Origin: Actinomycetota bacterium
GTDB taxonomy: Bacteria > Actinomycetota > Acidimicrobiia > IMCC26256 > JACDBD01
DNA: 64,000 bases
Assembly: GCA_052390575.1 (NCBI GenBank)
Contig: JBQTGU010000061.1
Coordinates: 48,025-112,024 of the forward strand
Reading direction: 5' to 3'
In this document: positions 18,907-28,397 of the stretch, piece by piece
How positions within the stretch are numbered: the first letter of the stretch is position 1
How the letters are laid out: each line of letters opens with the position of its first letter
Made by a program: the position numbers and the translations under genes
The notes under the pieces: generated by a model
The model's input: the letters and a program-made list of their open reading frames with translations, nothing else
Database searches by the model: none
Told to the model about the DNA's origin: nothing

Positions 18907-19805
18907 GCAGCGAGATGCTCGGAGACGGTCGCAGCGATCTCGGCGTTCGTCCAGCTCGAAGTGAATCTGATCGGACGCCATCCCGCAGCTACGAGGTCGT
19001 TCTGGCGGGCGCGATCGCGGTCGAACGCGGTCCGGGTTCCGTGGGCGACCCAACCGTCGACTTCGATGGCGAGCTTCAGCTCGGGGTAGGCCAGATCGAT
19101 CCGACACCGGCGGCTACCCAGGCGCACCCAATACTGGGGCACCGGCTCCGGCAACCCGGCCTCGACGATCGCCCGCATGACGCGCATCTCGAGCTCGCTC
19201 TCGCCCGGGTCGTAGCCGGCGAGGCGGCGCACCAACACAATCTGAACGCGCTTCGGCCGGCGGCCCGGAGCCGGCGGCAGACCGGCGACGCACCGACGCA
19301 GATCGTCGAGACGGAGCAATCCTTGGCGTGTCCCGTGATCGGTAGCGGCTCCGAGAGCGGGGACGCTCATACGCCCGGATACATCGGCGAGTGTGCGCGC
19401 GACCGAGGTACACGGGATTCGATGGTGGACGGCATGCTCCAGCGCGAGGAATGCCACCGTTCTGTGGGAGCAGACCCCCGCGAGGCGAGCGTGGTGGGGC
19501 CGAGCCGTAGTCAGCTCGAGGCCGGCGTCGCGCTCGAAGCCTGGAAGTCCCCAGAGCGCAGCTGCCGTGGCATGCGAGGCAACGGCTCCGGGACCAACCG
19601 CGAGCACCGCCGCGAGCACGGCCTGCTCCCAGGTCGGCGGCGCCCCGGCCACCGCGAAGACGTCGTAACGGATGCGGACGAGCACCCCCGACCGGACGCA
19701 CCATCGGATCTGCTCCGTGCTAAAGCCGGCGTCCAGCAGCTGGCGACGCGTGACCAGGGTGTGTTGGCGCGCCGCCAACCGGGCGATCTCGGCATGCAGA
19801 CTCAT
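18882..19805 (-). CDS. AbiEi-like wHTH domain plus DUF559 (Vsr-like) endonuclease domain protein
   Basis: ARQH.LVTRRQL N-terminus; ASHATAAALWGL and TSVARTLAD; ES.LE...RIDLAYPELKLAIEVDG..H...DRAR C-terminus. Confidence 0.88.
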   Translation of the reverse strand: MSLHAEIARLAARQHTLVTRRQLLDAGFSTEQIRWCVRSGVLVRIRYDVFAVAGAPPTWEQAVLAAVLAVGPGAVASHATAAALWGLPGFERDAGLELTTARPHHARLAGVCSHRTVAFLALEHAVHHRIPCTSVARTLADVSGRMSVPALGAATDHGTRQGLLRLDDLRRCVAGLPPAPGRRPKRVQIVLVRRLAGYDPGESELEMRVMRAIVEAGLPEPVPQYWVRLGSRRCRIDLAYPELKLAIEVDGWVAHGTRTAFDRDRARQNDLVAAGWRPIRFTSSWTNAEIAATVSEHLAALSRDRAS

Positions 19806-19879
19806 GGCGCGCATGATGCCTGCCGGGTGAGACATCAACGATGGTCCCCCCGCCTGGCGGGGTGACCATCCCGTTGGCG

Positions 19880-19923
19880 GTTGTCACAGGAAGCGGGGTC
19901 CTGGCACCAGATCGTGTGACAAC
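19880..19923. repeat. 44-bp palindromic element, right (inverted relative to left)
   Basis: GTTGTCAC-N28-GTGACAAC; its reverse complement matches the left copy at 33/44 positions. Confidence 0.85.
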
Positions 19924-19925
19924 AC

Positions 19926-21680
19926 TCAGGATTTGGGCTTCTTCACCACCTGGAGGCCGAGCTCCTTCAGCTGCGCCGGGTCGAGTGGGCTCGGTGCGCC
20001 GGTGAGCGGGTCGGCGCCCGACTGGGTCTTCGGGAACGCCACCACCTCGCGGATGTTCTCCTCGCCCGCGAGGACGGCGGCGAACCGGTCGACGCCGATC
20101 GCGAAGCCCGCGTGCGGCGGCGCGCCGTAGCGGAACGCGTCGAGCAGGAAGCCGAACCTCGCCTGGGCGTCCTCCGGGGTGATCCCGAGCGCGGTGAACA
20201 CTTGCTGTTGCATGTCGGCGCGGTGGATTCGGACGCTCCCCGACCCCAGCTCCCAGCCGTTGAGCACCAGGTCGTAAGACTGGGACCGCACCGCGAGGAG
20301 CTCCTCCCCCTGCCCCGACTCGAGCAGCCCGAGATCGTCCGGGTGGGGCATCGTGAACGGGTGGTGGGCCGGGATCGGCCGCCCCTCGTCGTCGAGCCCC
20401 TCGAAGAGGGGAAAGTCGACCACCCACAGGAACCGCAGCCCGCCATCGTCCACCGGCGGGCGCGCCAGGTCGAGCCGCAACCTGCCCAACACCCGGTTCG
20501 CGATCGCCCGCTCCCCCGCGACCAACAGCAACAAGTCACCCGCCCCGGCACCGAGCGCGTCTACCAGGCCGAGTTGCTCCGCCTCGGAGAGGAACTTCGC
20601 CACTGGCGAGTCCAGCGCGCCCCGATCTCCGACCCGCATCCATACCAGACCGGCCGCGCCCAGCTGCTTGGCCCGGTCGATCAGCGCGTCGAGCCGCGCC
20701 CGTGCGACATCACCCTCGCCCGGCACCCGGATGCCCTTCACCGCCGCCGCCTGGAACGCGCGGAACTCGGTGGCGGCGAACACCTCGCCGACGTCCACGA
20801 GCTCGAGTCCGAAGCGCACGTCGGGCTTGTCGGTGCCGTAGCGGTCCATGGCGTCGAGCCACGTGATCCGGTCGGCCGCGCCGGGGAGCACGCCGGTGGC
20901 CTCCTCTGCTGCCGTCAGGGCGGCGTCGGTCACGACGGCCATGACGTCCTCGCCGTCGGCGAAGCTCATCTCGACGTCCCATTGCATGAACTCGAATTGA
21001 CGGTCAGCGCGCGGATCCTCGTCCCGGAGGCACCGGGCGATCTGGTAGTACCGATCGAGGCCGCCGACCATCAGCAGCTGCTTGAACAACTGCGGGCTCT
21101 GGGGCAACGCGTAGAACGATCCCGGCTGGAGGCGCGACGGGACCACGAAGTCGCGGGCTCCCTCGGGCGTGGACGCGATCAACATCGGCGTCTCGATCTC
21201 GACGAAGCCGTGACCGTCCATCACCCGGCGCAACACCCGGTTCACGACCGCCCGCTGGCGCAGGTTGCGCTGGAGCCGGTCACCGCGCAGGTCGAGGTAG
21301 CGGTACCGGTAGCGCAGCAGCTCGTCGGCCTCCCGGCGGCCGCCGATGGGGATCGGGGGCGCCTCGGCCTCGCTCAGCACATCGAGCCGCTGCGCGGCCA
21401 CTTCGATCTCGCCCGTCGGCAGTTCCTCGTTGACGGTGCCTTCCGGTCGGGGCCGTACCTCGCCCTCGACCCGTACGACGAACTCGCTGCGCACCCGGTG
21501 CACGTCCCCGGCCCCGGGCGCGTCCGGATCGACCACCACCTGCACGACACCGCCGGCATCCCGCACGTCGAGGAACACCACCCCACCGTGGTCGCGCCGG
21601 GTCGCGACCCAACCGCACACCGCCACGGTCTCGCCCGCGTGGTCGCGCCGCAGCTCACCGGCGCGGTGGGTGCGCATCAT
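19926..21680 (-). CDS. aspS: Aspartate--tRNA ligase (likely non-discriminating)
   Basis: RDHGG, LPQSPQLFKQ and GAPPH.G motifs; His in RDHGG and Gly in RPEG are typical of the non-discriminating type. Confidence 0.97.
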   Translation of the reverse strand: MMRTHRAGELRRDHAGETVAVCGWVATRRDHGGVVFLDVRDAGGVVQVVVDPDAPGAGDVHRVRSEFVVRVEGEVRPRPEGTVNEELPTGEIEVAAQRLDVLSEAEAPPIPIGGRREADELLRYRYRYLDLRGDRLQRNLRQRAVVNRVLRRVMDGHGFVEIETPMLIASTPEGARDFVVPSRLQPGSFYALPQSPQLFKQLLMVGGLDRYYQIARCLRDEDPRADRQFEFMQWDVEMSFADGEDVMAVVTDAALTAAEEATGVLPGAADRITWLDAMDRYGTDKPDVRFGLELVDVGEVFAATEFRAFQAAAVKGIRVPGEGDVARARLDALIDRAKQLGAAGLVWMRVGDRGALDSPVAKFLSEAEQLGLVDALGAGAGDLLLLVAGERAIANRVLGRLRLDLARPPVDDGGLRFLWVVDFPLFEGLDDEGRPIPAHHPFTMPHPDDLGLLESGQGEELLAVRSQSYDLVLNGWELGSGSVRIHRADMQQQVFTALGITPEDAQARFGFLLDAFRYGAPPHAGFAIGVDRFAAVLAGEENIREVVAFPKTQSGADPLTGAPSPLDPAQLKELGLQVVKKPKS

Positions 21681-22954
21681 CGGTCGAACTCCCGGCGCGC
21701 CCGGAGCCAGCCCGCCACTTGGTCCCGGGGGACGTCGACCTGCTCACCCGAGCGGAGGTCCTTGACGCCGACCTCCCCCCGGGTGAGCTCGCGTTCACCG
21801 AGCATGACGCCGAAGACCGCGCCCGCCCGGTCGGCGGCCTTCCATTGCGCCTTGACCGAGCGGCCTCCGTACGCCCGGTCGACCCGCAGTCCCGCCTCTC
21901 GCAGCTCATGGGTCAGCGTCAACGCTTCCCGACCGCCCCCCAGGCCGTCGACCACGAAGGCGTCGAGGTTCGACTCCCGCACTGGAACCGCGTGCTCGAC
22001 GTCGGCGACGATCAGCAGCCGTTCGATGCCCACGCCGAAGCCGATGCCCGGGGTAGCCGGGCCGCCCATCTGCTCCGCGAGCTGGTCGTAGCGGCCACCG
22101 CCCCCGACTGCGTTCTGGGCCGCATCCAGCGCATCGCTGACGAACTCGAACGTGGTACTGGTGTAGTAGTCGAAGCCCCGCACTAGCCGGGGGTCGAGCT
22201 CGTAGTCGATCCCGAGCGCGTCGAGGCCCCGCTGGACGGCCTCGAAGTGGTCCCGCGACCCGGTCGAGAGGTGCTCGGTCAGCTGCGGCGCCCGCTCGAT
22301 GACCTCCTGCCACTCCTCGTTCTTGGAGTCGAGCACCCGCAAGGGGTTGTCCTGCACCCGCTCGCGGAAGTCGTCGCCGAGATCACCGGCGTGCGCGAGG
22401 AGGTGCTCACGCAGGAGCTCGACGTACGACTGCCGGTCGGCCGGCTCACCCATCGAGTTGAGCAGGAGCGACCAGCGCTCGAGGCCCAGTTCGCGCAGGA
22501 AGCCCTCGAGCAGCGCGATGACCTCCACGTCGACGTCGGGATCGTCCACCCCCAGGGCCTCCACGCCGACCTGCCAGTGCTGCCGGTACCGACCCTTCTG
22601 CGGCCGCTCGTAGCGGAACAGCGGGGCGAGGTACCAGACCTTCCACGGCGGGGTCGGCCGGTGCTGCACGAACGCCCGCACCACCGGCGCCGTCCCCTCG
22701 GGCCGGAGCGCCATCGCCCGCCCGCCCTTGTCGAGGAACTCGTACATCTCCTTGCGGACGACGTCGGTCGACTCGCCCACGCGGGAGAAGACCTCGCGGT
22801 GCTCGAAGACCGGCGTGACGACGAGCCCGTAGCCGTACCGGGCCGCTCGGCGCGCGAACACGCTCACGACCTCGATCCACCGATCGCTCTCGGGTGGAAG
22901 GACGTCGTGCGTCCCCGTAGGGGCGCGGAAGCTCTCCGGCGATTCGGGCGGCAC
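21677..22954 (-). CDS. hisS: Histidine--tRNA ligase
   Basis: LRPEGTA, FRYERPQKGRYRQ, LVRGFDYY and GGGRYD motifs. Confidence 0.97.
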   Translation of the reverse strand: MPPESPESFRAPTGTHDVLPPESDRWIEVVSVFARRAARYGYGLVVTPVFEHREVFSRVGESTDVVRKEMYEFLDKGGRAMALRPEGTAPVVRAFVQHRPTPPWKVWYLAPLFRYERPQKGRYRQHWQVGVEALGVDDPDVDVEVIALLEGFLRELGLERWSLLLNSMGEPADRQSYVELLREHLLAHAGDLGDDFRERVQDNPLRVLDSKNEEWQEVIERAPQLTEHLSTGSRDHFEAVQRGLDALGIDYELDPRLVRGFDYYTSTTFEFVSDALDAAQNAVGGGGRYDQLAEQMGGPATPGIGFGVGIERLLIVADVEHAVPVRESNLDAFVVDGLGGGREALTLTHELREAGLRVDRAYGGRSVKAQWKAADRAGAVFGVMLGERELTRGEVGVKDLRSGEQVDVPRDQVAGWLRARREFDR

Positions 22955-22998
22955 CGCGGCATCGTACCGGCCGCCCCCCGAAGTACCCGGGGAACTTG

Positions 22999-25236
22999 CT
23001 ACGACGTCGTCGCGGCCTTCCCCGGGAGCACCCGGTACGCCTCGTACACCGAGTCGATCCGCTTGACCGCCTTGAGGATCGAGTCGAGATGGCTCGGGTC
23101 GGCGAGCTCGAAGTCGAAGCGCAGCTTGGCCACGCGGTCGCTCGACGTCTGCGACGTGCAGGCGAGGATGTTGACGTGGTGGTCGGACAGCACCTCGGCG
23201 ACGTCACGCAACAGCTTCGACCGGTCGAGCGCCTCCACCTCCACCGACACGACGTAGGTCGCGGGCTGGTCGTGGTCCCACTCCACCTCGATGAGCCGCT
23301 GGGCCTGGGACGCGAGCCCGGCGGCGTTCGCACAATCGGTCCGGTGCACGGAGACACCGCGGCCGCGGGTGACGAACCCCATGATCTCGTCGCCGGGGAC
23401 GGGCGTGCAGCACCGCGACAGCCGCACCATGACGTCGTCGAGGCCCTCGACGTGCACGCCGACGGTGCGGCGCTGGCGCAGACGGGGTGGCCGCCGGGCC
23501 GTGACCGGCAGCTGCTCCTCGCCGCCGCGCAGGTCGCGCTGGATCCGCTGCACCACCGTACGGGGCGAGACGTGGCCCTCCCCGATGGCCGCGTACAGCG
23601 CGTCGAGATCCGCGTAGCTCATCGCCTCGGCCACGGCCGCGATCGCCGCCGATCCCGCCATCTTCTGGACCGGCAACCCCTCCTTGCGCAGCGCCTTGAT
23701 CAGCTCGTCCTTGCCGGTCTCGATCGCGTCCTCGCGCCGCTCCCGCGAGAACCACTGCCGGATCTTCGAGCGGGCCCGGGGGGTGTGCACGAACTGGAGC
23801 CAGTCGCGGCTGGGGCCGGCGCCCGCGACCTTGCTGGTGAAGATCTCCACGGTGTCGCCCGACCCCAGCGCCGAGTCGAGCGGGACGAGTCGACCGTTCA
23901 CCCGAGCCCCGATGCAGCGGTGGCCGACCTCGGTGTGGATCGCGTAGGCGAAGTCGATGGCGGTCGCGCCGGTGGGCAGCGTGATCACCTTGCCCTTGGG
24001 CGTGAACACGAAGACCTCGTCCTGCTCGAGGTCGATCTTCAACGACTCCATGAACTCGGTCGGGTCGGAGGTCTCCTGCTGCCAGTCGACCATCCGCTGG
24101 AGCCAGGCCAGGTCCTCCGCCGGTGACGTCTGCTCCTTGTAACCCCAGTGGGCGGCGATGCCGTACTCGGCCCGCCGGTGCATCTCCTCGGTGCGGATCT
24201 GCACCTCCACCGGCTTGCCTTCGGGCCCGACCACCGTCGTGTGCAGCGACTGGTAGAGGTTGAACTTGGGCATGGCGATGTAATCCTTGAACCGCCCCTG
24301 CACCGGCTTCCACATGGCGTGGATCGAGCCGAGCGCGCCGTAGCAATCCTTCACCGAGTCGACGATGACGCGCACCCCGACGAGGTCCTGCACGTCGTCG
24401 AGCTCCTTGCCCCGTACGACCATCTTCTCGTAGATCGACCAGTAGTGCTTCGGGCGGCCACTCACCTCGCCGGCGATACCGAGCTCGGCCAACCGGGCCC
24501 GGAGCTCGTCCACGACCAGCTGGAGGTAATCGTCGCGCTGGGGCGACTGCACCGCGACCATCTGCTCGATCTCGGCGTAGCGCTTCGGGTGCAGGACCGC
24601 GAAGGCGAGGTCTTCGAGCTGCCACTTGACGTCGGCGATGCCGAGCCGGTGCGCCAGCGGCGCGTAGATGTCGAGGGTCTCCTGGGCGATGCGCTGCTGC
24701 TTGGCGTCGGGCAGGGACGCAATGGTGCGCATGTTGTGGAGACGGTCGGCCAGCTTGATGAGCAGGACCCGGATGTCCTTGGCCATGGCCACGAGCATCT
24801 TGCGCAGGGTGGCCGACTGCTGCTCCTCCTTGGTGTCGAACTGGAGCCGGTCGAGCTTGGTGACGCCCTCGACGATGGCGGCGACGTCGGCGCCGAAGCG
24901 GTCTCCGAGGTCGTCGGAGGTGAGCGTGGTGTCCTCGACCGCGTCGTGGAGGAGGGCGGCGGCGATGGTGACGTCGTCGAGGCCGAGGTCGGCGAGGATC
25001 ATTGCGACGCCGAGGGGATGGGCGATGTAGGGCTCGCCCGACCGGCGCACCTGCTCGGCGTGGGCGGTGCGGGCGACGTCGAAGGCGGCCTCGATGAGCT
25101 GCGTGTCGGCCCGCCGGTGACGCTCACGGAAGGTCGCGACGAGGGGGGCGATCTCGACGTCGACGTGGTGGCGGCGCCACGGCAGCACGGAGCGCTTGTC
25201 GGGGCGGTGCTCGACACGCGGCTCGGTGGTACTCAC
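22999..25236 (-). CDS. relA: Bifunctional (p)ppGpp synthetase/hydrolase (Rel)
   Basis: GEPYI.HP, LLHD, KLADRLHNMRT and YQSLHT motifs; TGS and ACT domains. Confidence 0.96.
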   Translation of the reverse strand: MSTTEPRVEHRPDKRSVLPWRRHHVDVEIAPLVATFRERHRRADTQLIEAAFDVARTAHAEQVRRSGEPYIAHPLGVAMILADLGLDDVTIAAALLHDAVEDTTLTSDDLGDRFGADVAAIVEGVTKLDRLQFDTKEEQQSATLRKMLVAMAKDIRVLLIKLADRLHNMRTIASLPDAKQQRIAQETLDIYAPLAHRLGIADVKWQLEDLAFAVLHPKRYAEIEQMVAVQSPQRDDYLQLVVDELRARLAELGIAGEVSGRPKHYWSIYEKMVVRGKELDDVQDLVGVRVIVDSVKDCYGALGSIHAMWKPVQGRFKDYIAMPKFNLYQSLHTTVVGPEGKPVEVQIRTEEMHRRAEYGIAAHWGYKEQTSPAEDLAWLQRMVDWQQETSDPTEFMESLKIDLEQDEVFVFTPKGKVITLPTGATAIDFAYAIHTEVGHRCIGARVNGRLVPLDSALGSGDTVEIFTSKVAGAGPSRDWLQFVHTPRARSKIRQWFSRERREDAIETGKDELIKALRKEGLPVQKMAGSAAIAAVAEAMSYADLDALYAAIGEGHVSPRTVVQRIQRDLRGGEEQLPVTARRPPRLRQRRTVGVHVEGLDDVMVRLSRCCTPVPGDEIMGFVTRGRGVSVHRTDCANAAGLASQAQRLIEVEWDHDQPATYVVSVEVEALDRSKLLRDVAEVLSDHHVNILACTSQTSSDRVAKLRFDFELADPSHLDSILKAVKRIDSVYEAYRVLPGKAATTS

Positions 25237-25255
25237 GGTGCACCTAAGTCTACGC

Positions 25256-26362
25256 CTACCTGCGCTTTCTTCGACGCTGCTGGCGCGGGCGCGGCGCCCG
25301 GGTCGGCCCCGGAGCCGGTGGTGCCGCCGGCGACGGCGCGGTGGGCCGGTCGGGTGCGCCAACCGCGGCGGGCTCGGCCACCGGTCCGGGCTGACGCGTG
25401 GCTGCCGCCGCCACCGAACGCTCGCGCAGGGCGCGGTAGCGCGGCTCCCGCTCCTTGAGCCAGGCCAGGATCGGGGTGGCGACGAAGATGGACGAGTAGG
25501 CGCCCGTGAGCAGCCCCACGAACAGCGCCAGCGCGAAGTCCCGCAACGCCACCGCGCCGAACAGCCCCGACCCGACCACGAGCAGGGACGCGACCGGTAG
25601 CAGCGCCACGAACGAGGTGTTGAGCGACCGCATCAGCACCTGGTTCATCGACCGGTTCACCATCAGCGAGTACGTGTCGCCCCGCACGGTGCCGAGCGCG
25701 GCCCCGTTCTCCTTGATCTTGTCGAACACGACGACCGTGTCGTAGAGCGAGAAGCCGAGGATCGTCAGGAAGGCGACGACGGTCGCCGGCGTCACCTCGA
25801 AGCCGGTGATCGAGTAGACGCCCGCGGTCACGATGATGTCGTGCACGACCGCGGCGATCGCGCCGACGGCCATCTTCCACTCGAACCGTAACCACAGGTA
25901 TCCCGCGATCACGACGAAGAAGATGAGGAGGGCGCGCAGGGCCTTCTCGCTCACCTGGTCACCCCAGGTGGGCCCGACGGTGTTCACGCTGACCTGGTCG
26001 CGATCGACGCCGCCGTACTCCGCCAGCGCGTCGGTGACCTGTTCCTGCTCCTTCGGCGGGAGCTCCTCGGCCTGGACCCGGACCGAGTCGCCCCCGAGGA
26101 TCTGCACCTTGGCCTCGGCGAGACCCAGGGGCCGCAGCGTGTCGCGGACGTCGCCCACCGACGGGCTCTTCCCCTCCACCGCGAACAGCCACGACGTCCC
26201 GCCCTCGAAGTCGATCCCGAGGTTCAGCCCACGCGTCCCCAACGAGACGAGGCAGATCACGATCACCGCGCCCGACAGCAGCGCCCACCGCCACGCCCGC
26301 CCCACGAAATCGAAGTTCGTCCGCTCGTGGATGACGTCGGAGAACGTGTGCCGCGGGCTCAT
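25256..26362 (-). CDS. secF: Protein translocase subunit SecF
   Basis: GIDFEGG, HD and LYDTVVVFDKIKEN motifs. Confidence 0.95.
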   Translation of the reverse strand: MSPRHTFSDVIHERTNFDFVGRAWRWALLSGAVIVICLVSLGTRGLNLGIDFEGGTSWLFAVEGKSPSVGDVRDTLRPLGLAEAKVQILGGDSVRVQAEELPPKEQEQVTDALAEYGGVDRDQVSVNTVGPTWGDQVSEKALRALLIFFVVIAGYLWLRFEWKMAVGAIAAVVHDIIVTAGVYSITGFEVTPATVVAFLTILGFSLYDTVVVFDKIKENGAALGTVRGDTYSLMVNRSMNQVLMRSLNTSFVALLPVASLLVVGSGLFGAVALRDFALALFVGLLTGAYSSIFVATPILAWLKEREPRYRALRERSVAAAATRQPGPVAEPAAVGAPDRPTAPSPAAPPAPGPTRAPRPRQQRRRKRR

Positions 26363-26451
26363 GCTTTCCCGCTCTCGGCCCTTCGGGCCGGGCCGCTCGG
26401 GCCCCGGCTCGCTGCGGCGCAGGGTACCTGCGCCGCGGTCGCTCGCCTCAT
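26359..26451 (-). repeat. REP-like copy 2 forming a 30-aa MIRU-like mini-ORF
   Basis: GCGGCGCAGG-GTA-CCTGCGCCGC at 26414-26436; ORF MRRATAAQVPCAAASRGPSGPARRAESGKA has ATGA overlaps at both ends. Confidence 0.8.
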
Positions 26452-28034
26452 GTCGTCGCCTCGGAGGCGTCGAGGCCGGAGGCGATGCCTACGTAGCGGG
26501 CCCGCAGGAACCCGGGTCGCCGCGCCAGGAGCACGACCAGCGGGTGCATGAAGAAGTAGGCGACGACGAGGTCGAGGACGGTGGCGAGGCCGAGGAAGAA
26601 GGCGAACCCCCGCACCGATCCGATCGCGAGCATGTAGAGGACGGCGGCGCCGATGAGCGACACCAGGTCGGCGGCCAGGATCGTCTGGAAGGAGCGGGCG
26701 AAGCCGCGGTCGACCGACGACCGCACCGTCTTGCCGCTCCGCACCTCGTCCTTCAGCCGCTCGAAGTACACGACGTACGAGTCGACGGTGACACCGACCG
26801 AGACGATCAACCCGGTGACGCCGGCCAAGGTGAGTGCGAGCCCGATGGAGTCGCCGAGGTAGGCGATCAGCGAGTACGTCGCCGCGGCCGTGAGAGCGAG
26901 GCCCACCAGGACCACCAACCCGAGCAGCCGGTAGTAGATGAACATGTAGAGCGAGACGAGCGCGATGCCGATAAGCCCGGCGGCGATCCCGGCTCGCAGC
27001 TGGTCCTTGCCAAGCGTCGGCGACACGTTCTCGACCGTCTGCTGGCTCTCGTCGAAGCGGACCGGTAGCGCGCCGTAGCGGAGGAGCCGGGCGAGGTCCT
27101 CGGCCTCGCTGCGGGAGAAGTCGCCCGAGATCAGCACGTTGCTCTCGAAGGTCGACTCCTGGAACGCCGGCGCCGACTGCACGATGCCGTCGAGCGTGAT
27201 CGCCATCTGGTTCTGGGGCGGCGGCAGCGGGAACTGCTTGCCCGCGAACGCGTTGATCTTCTCCTGGCCCGAGTCCTTGAAGTCGACGTCCACGGTGTAC
27301 TGACCGTTCTCGAACCGGCTCTTCGCGCCGCCGATGTCCTTCCCGGTGAAGGTGCCGCCGGTGCACTCCTGGTCGACGCACGCCGGTCCGAGCAGGTAGC
27401 GCCCGACGGGCTCGTCGTCCTCCGACCGGAGCGGCAGGATCACACACGCCTTGGCCTTGTCGTCGGCGACCCTGGTGTTCAGGATCTCGGCCGGGATCGC
27501 GGCAAGCTGCGTCAACGCCCCCTCGACGTCCCCGGTGGTACAAACATCGAGCGCGGCCTGCACCGCCGCCGCCGTAGCCTCGTCGTTCGGCCGTGTGGTC
27601 GTGGTCGTGGTGGTCGTCGAGTCGGCCGGGAGCGAGGTCGCCGGGTCCCCGGTGGTGGTCGTCGTCTCGGGCGGCTCCTCCGTCAACGGCGGCACCTCGG
27701 CCAGCACCGGCCGGAACCGGAGCTCGGCGGTGCGGCCGACGATGCGCTGGGCCTTGTCGCGGTCCTTCACCCCCGGAAGGTTCACGACGATGTTGTTCCC
27801 CTCCTTGGTGACCTCGGCTTCGGCCACTCCCAGGGCATCGACGCGGCTGCGGATGATGTCGACGGCCACGTCGAGTGACCCCCCCGCCGGATCACCGACC
27901 GGGACGAGCCGGACCGACACGCCCCCCTGGAGATCGAGCCCGAGCACCGGGCTCTGCCCCCTCACGATGGTGGCGACGAGCGCGCCGAGCACGACGACGA
28001 ACACGACGACGAGATAGACGACGTACTTGCGCAC
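26448..28034 (-). CDS. secD: Protein translocase subunit SecD
   Basis: LGLDLQGG, RVDALGVAE, LRYGALP and VDSYVVYFER motifs. Confidence 0.95.
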   Translation of the reverse strand: MRKYVVYLVVVFVVVLGALVATIVRGQSPVLGLDLQGGVSVRLVPVGDPAGGSLDVAVDIIRSRVDALGVAEAEVTKEGNNIVVNLPGVKDRDKAQRIVGRTAELRFRPVLAEVPPLTEEPPETTTTTGDPATSLPADSTTTTTTTTRPNDEATAAAVQAALDVCTTGDVEGALTQLAAIPAEILNTRVADDKAKACVILPLRSEDDEPVGRYLLGPACVDQECTGGTFTGKDIGGAKSRFENGQYTVDVDFKDSGQEKINAFAGKQFPLPPPQNQMAITLDGIVQSAPAFQESTFESNVLISGDFSRSEAEDLARLLRYGALPVRFDESQQTVENVSPTLGKDQLRAGIAAGLIGIALVSLYMFIYYRLLGLVVLVGLALTAAATYSLIAYLGDSIGLALTLAGVTGLIVSVGVTVDSYVVYFERLKDEVRSGKTVRSSVDRGFARSFQTILAADLVSLIGAAVLYMLAIGSVRGFAFFLGLATVLDLVVAYFFMHPLVVLLARRPGFLRARYVGIASGLDASEATT

Positions 28035-28043
28035 AGCCTGCGA

Positions 28044-28358
28044 TCAGCCGCCCTCGCCGAGCTCGCGCCGGCCTTCGGTCTCCTCGGCCGCGATCTCCTC
28101 GACCGGCGGGCCGACCCGGGACGCCACCGCACCCCGGGCGAGCCGCACCACGACGCCGTCGGCGATCTCGATATGGAGGACGGTCTCGTCGATGACGCGG
28201 ATGGTGGCGTGGATCCCGCCGGTGGTGATGATCTCGTCGCCCACTTCGAGGCTGGCAACGAGGGCCCGGTGGGCAGCGAGCTGGCGGCGCTGCGGGCGCA
28301 CGACCAACAGGAAGAACGCGAGGACCAGGAGAACGAGATACACGAGCGCGATCGGCAT
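28044..28358 (-). CDS. yajC: Preprotein translocase subunit YajC
   Basis: TM segment then RPQRR and GDEIITTGGI motifs. Confidence 0.93.
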   Translation of the reverse strand: MPIALVYLVLLVLAFFLLVVRPQRRQLAAHRALVASLEVGDEIITTGGIHATIRVIDETVLHIEIADGVVVRLARGAVASRVGPPVEEIAAEETEGRRELGEGG

Positions 28359-28397
28359 GAGTTTCCTTCGGACACGGTGCCCGAGACGCGGGCGATG

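Larger units (their letters stand above)
18863..19923. mobile_element. Candidate palindrome-bounded nuclease cassette
   Basis: Perfect 13-bp outer inverted repeats (GTTGTCACACGAT) enclose a single nuclease gene between aspS and rarA; no target-site duplication seen. Confidence 0.5.

Noticed and set aside
18882-19805. Type IV toxin-antitoxin system
   Set aside because: No AbiEii-like nucleotidyltransferase toxin is adjacent; only the antitoxin-like domain fused to a nuclease is present.
25237-25255. apt absent between secF and relA
   Set aside because: Ordinary gene-order variation with no remnant or other signal.
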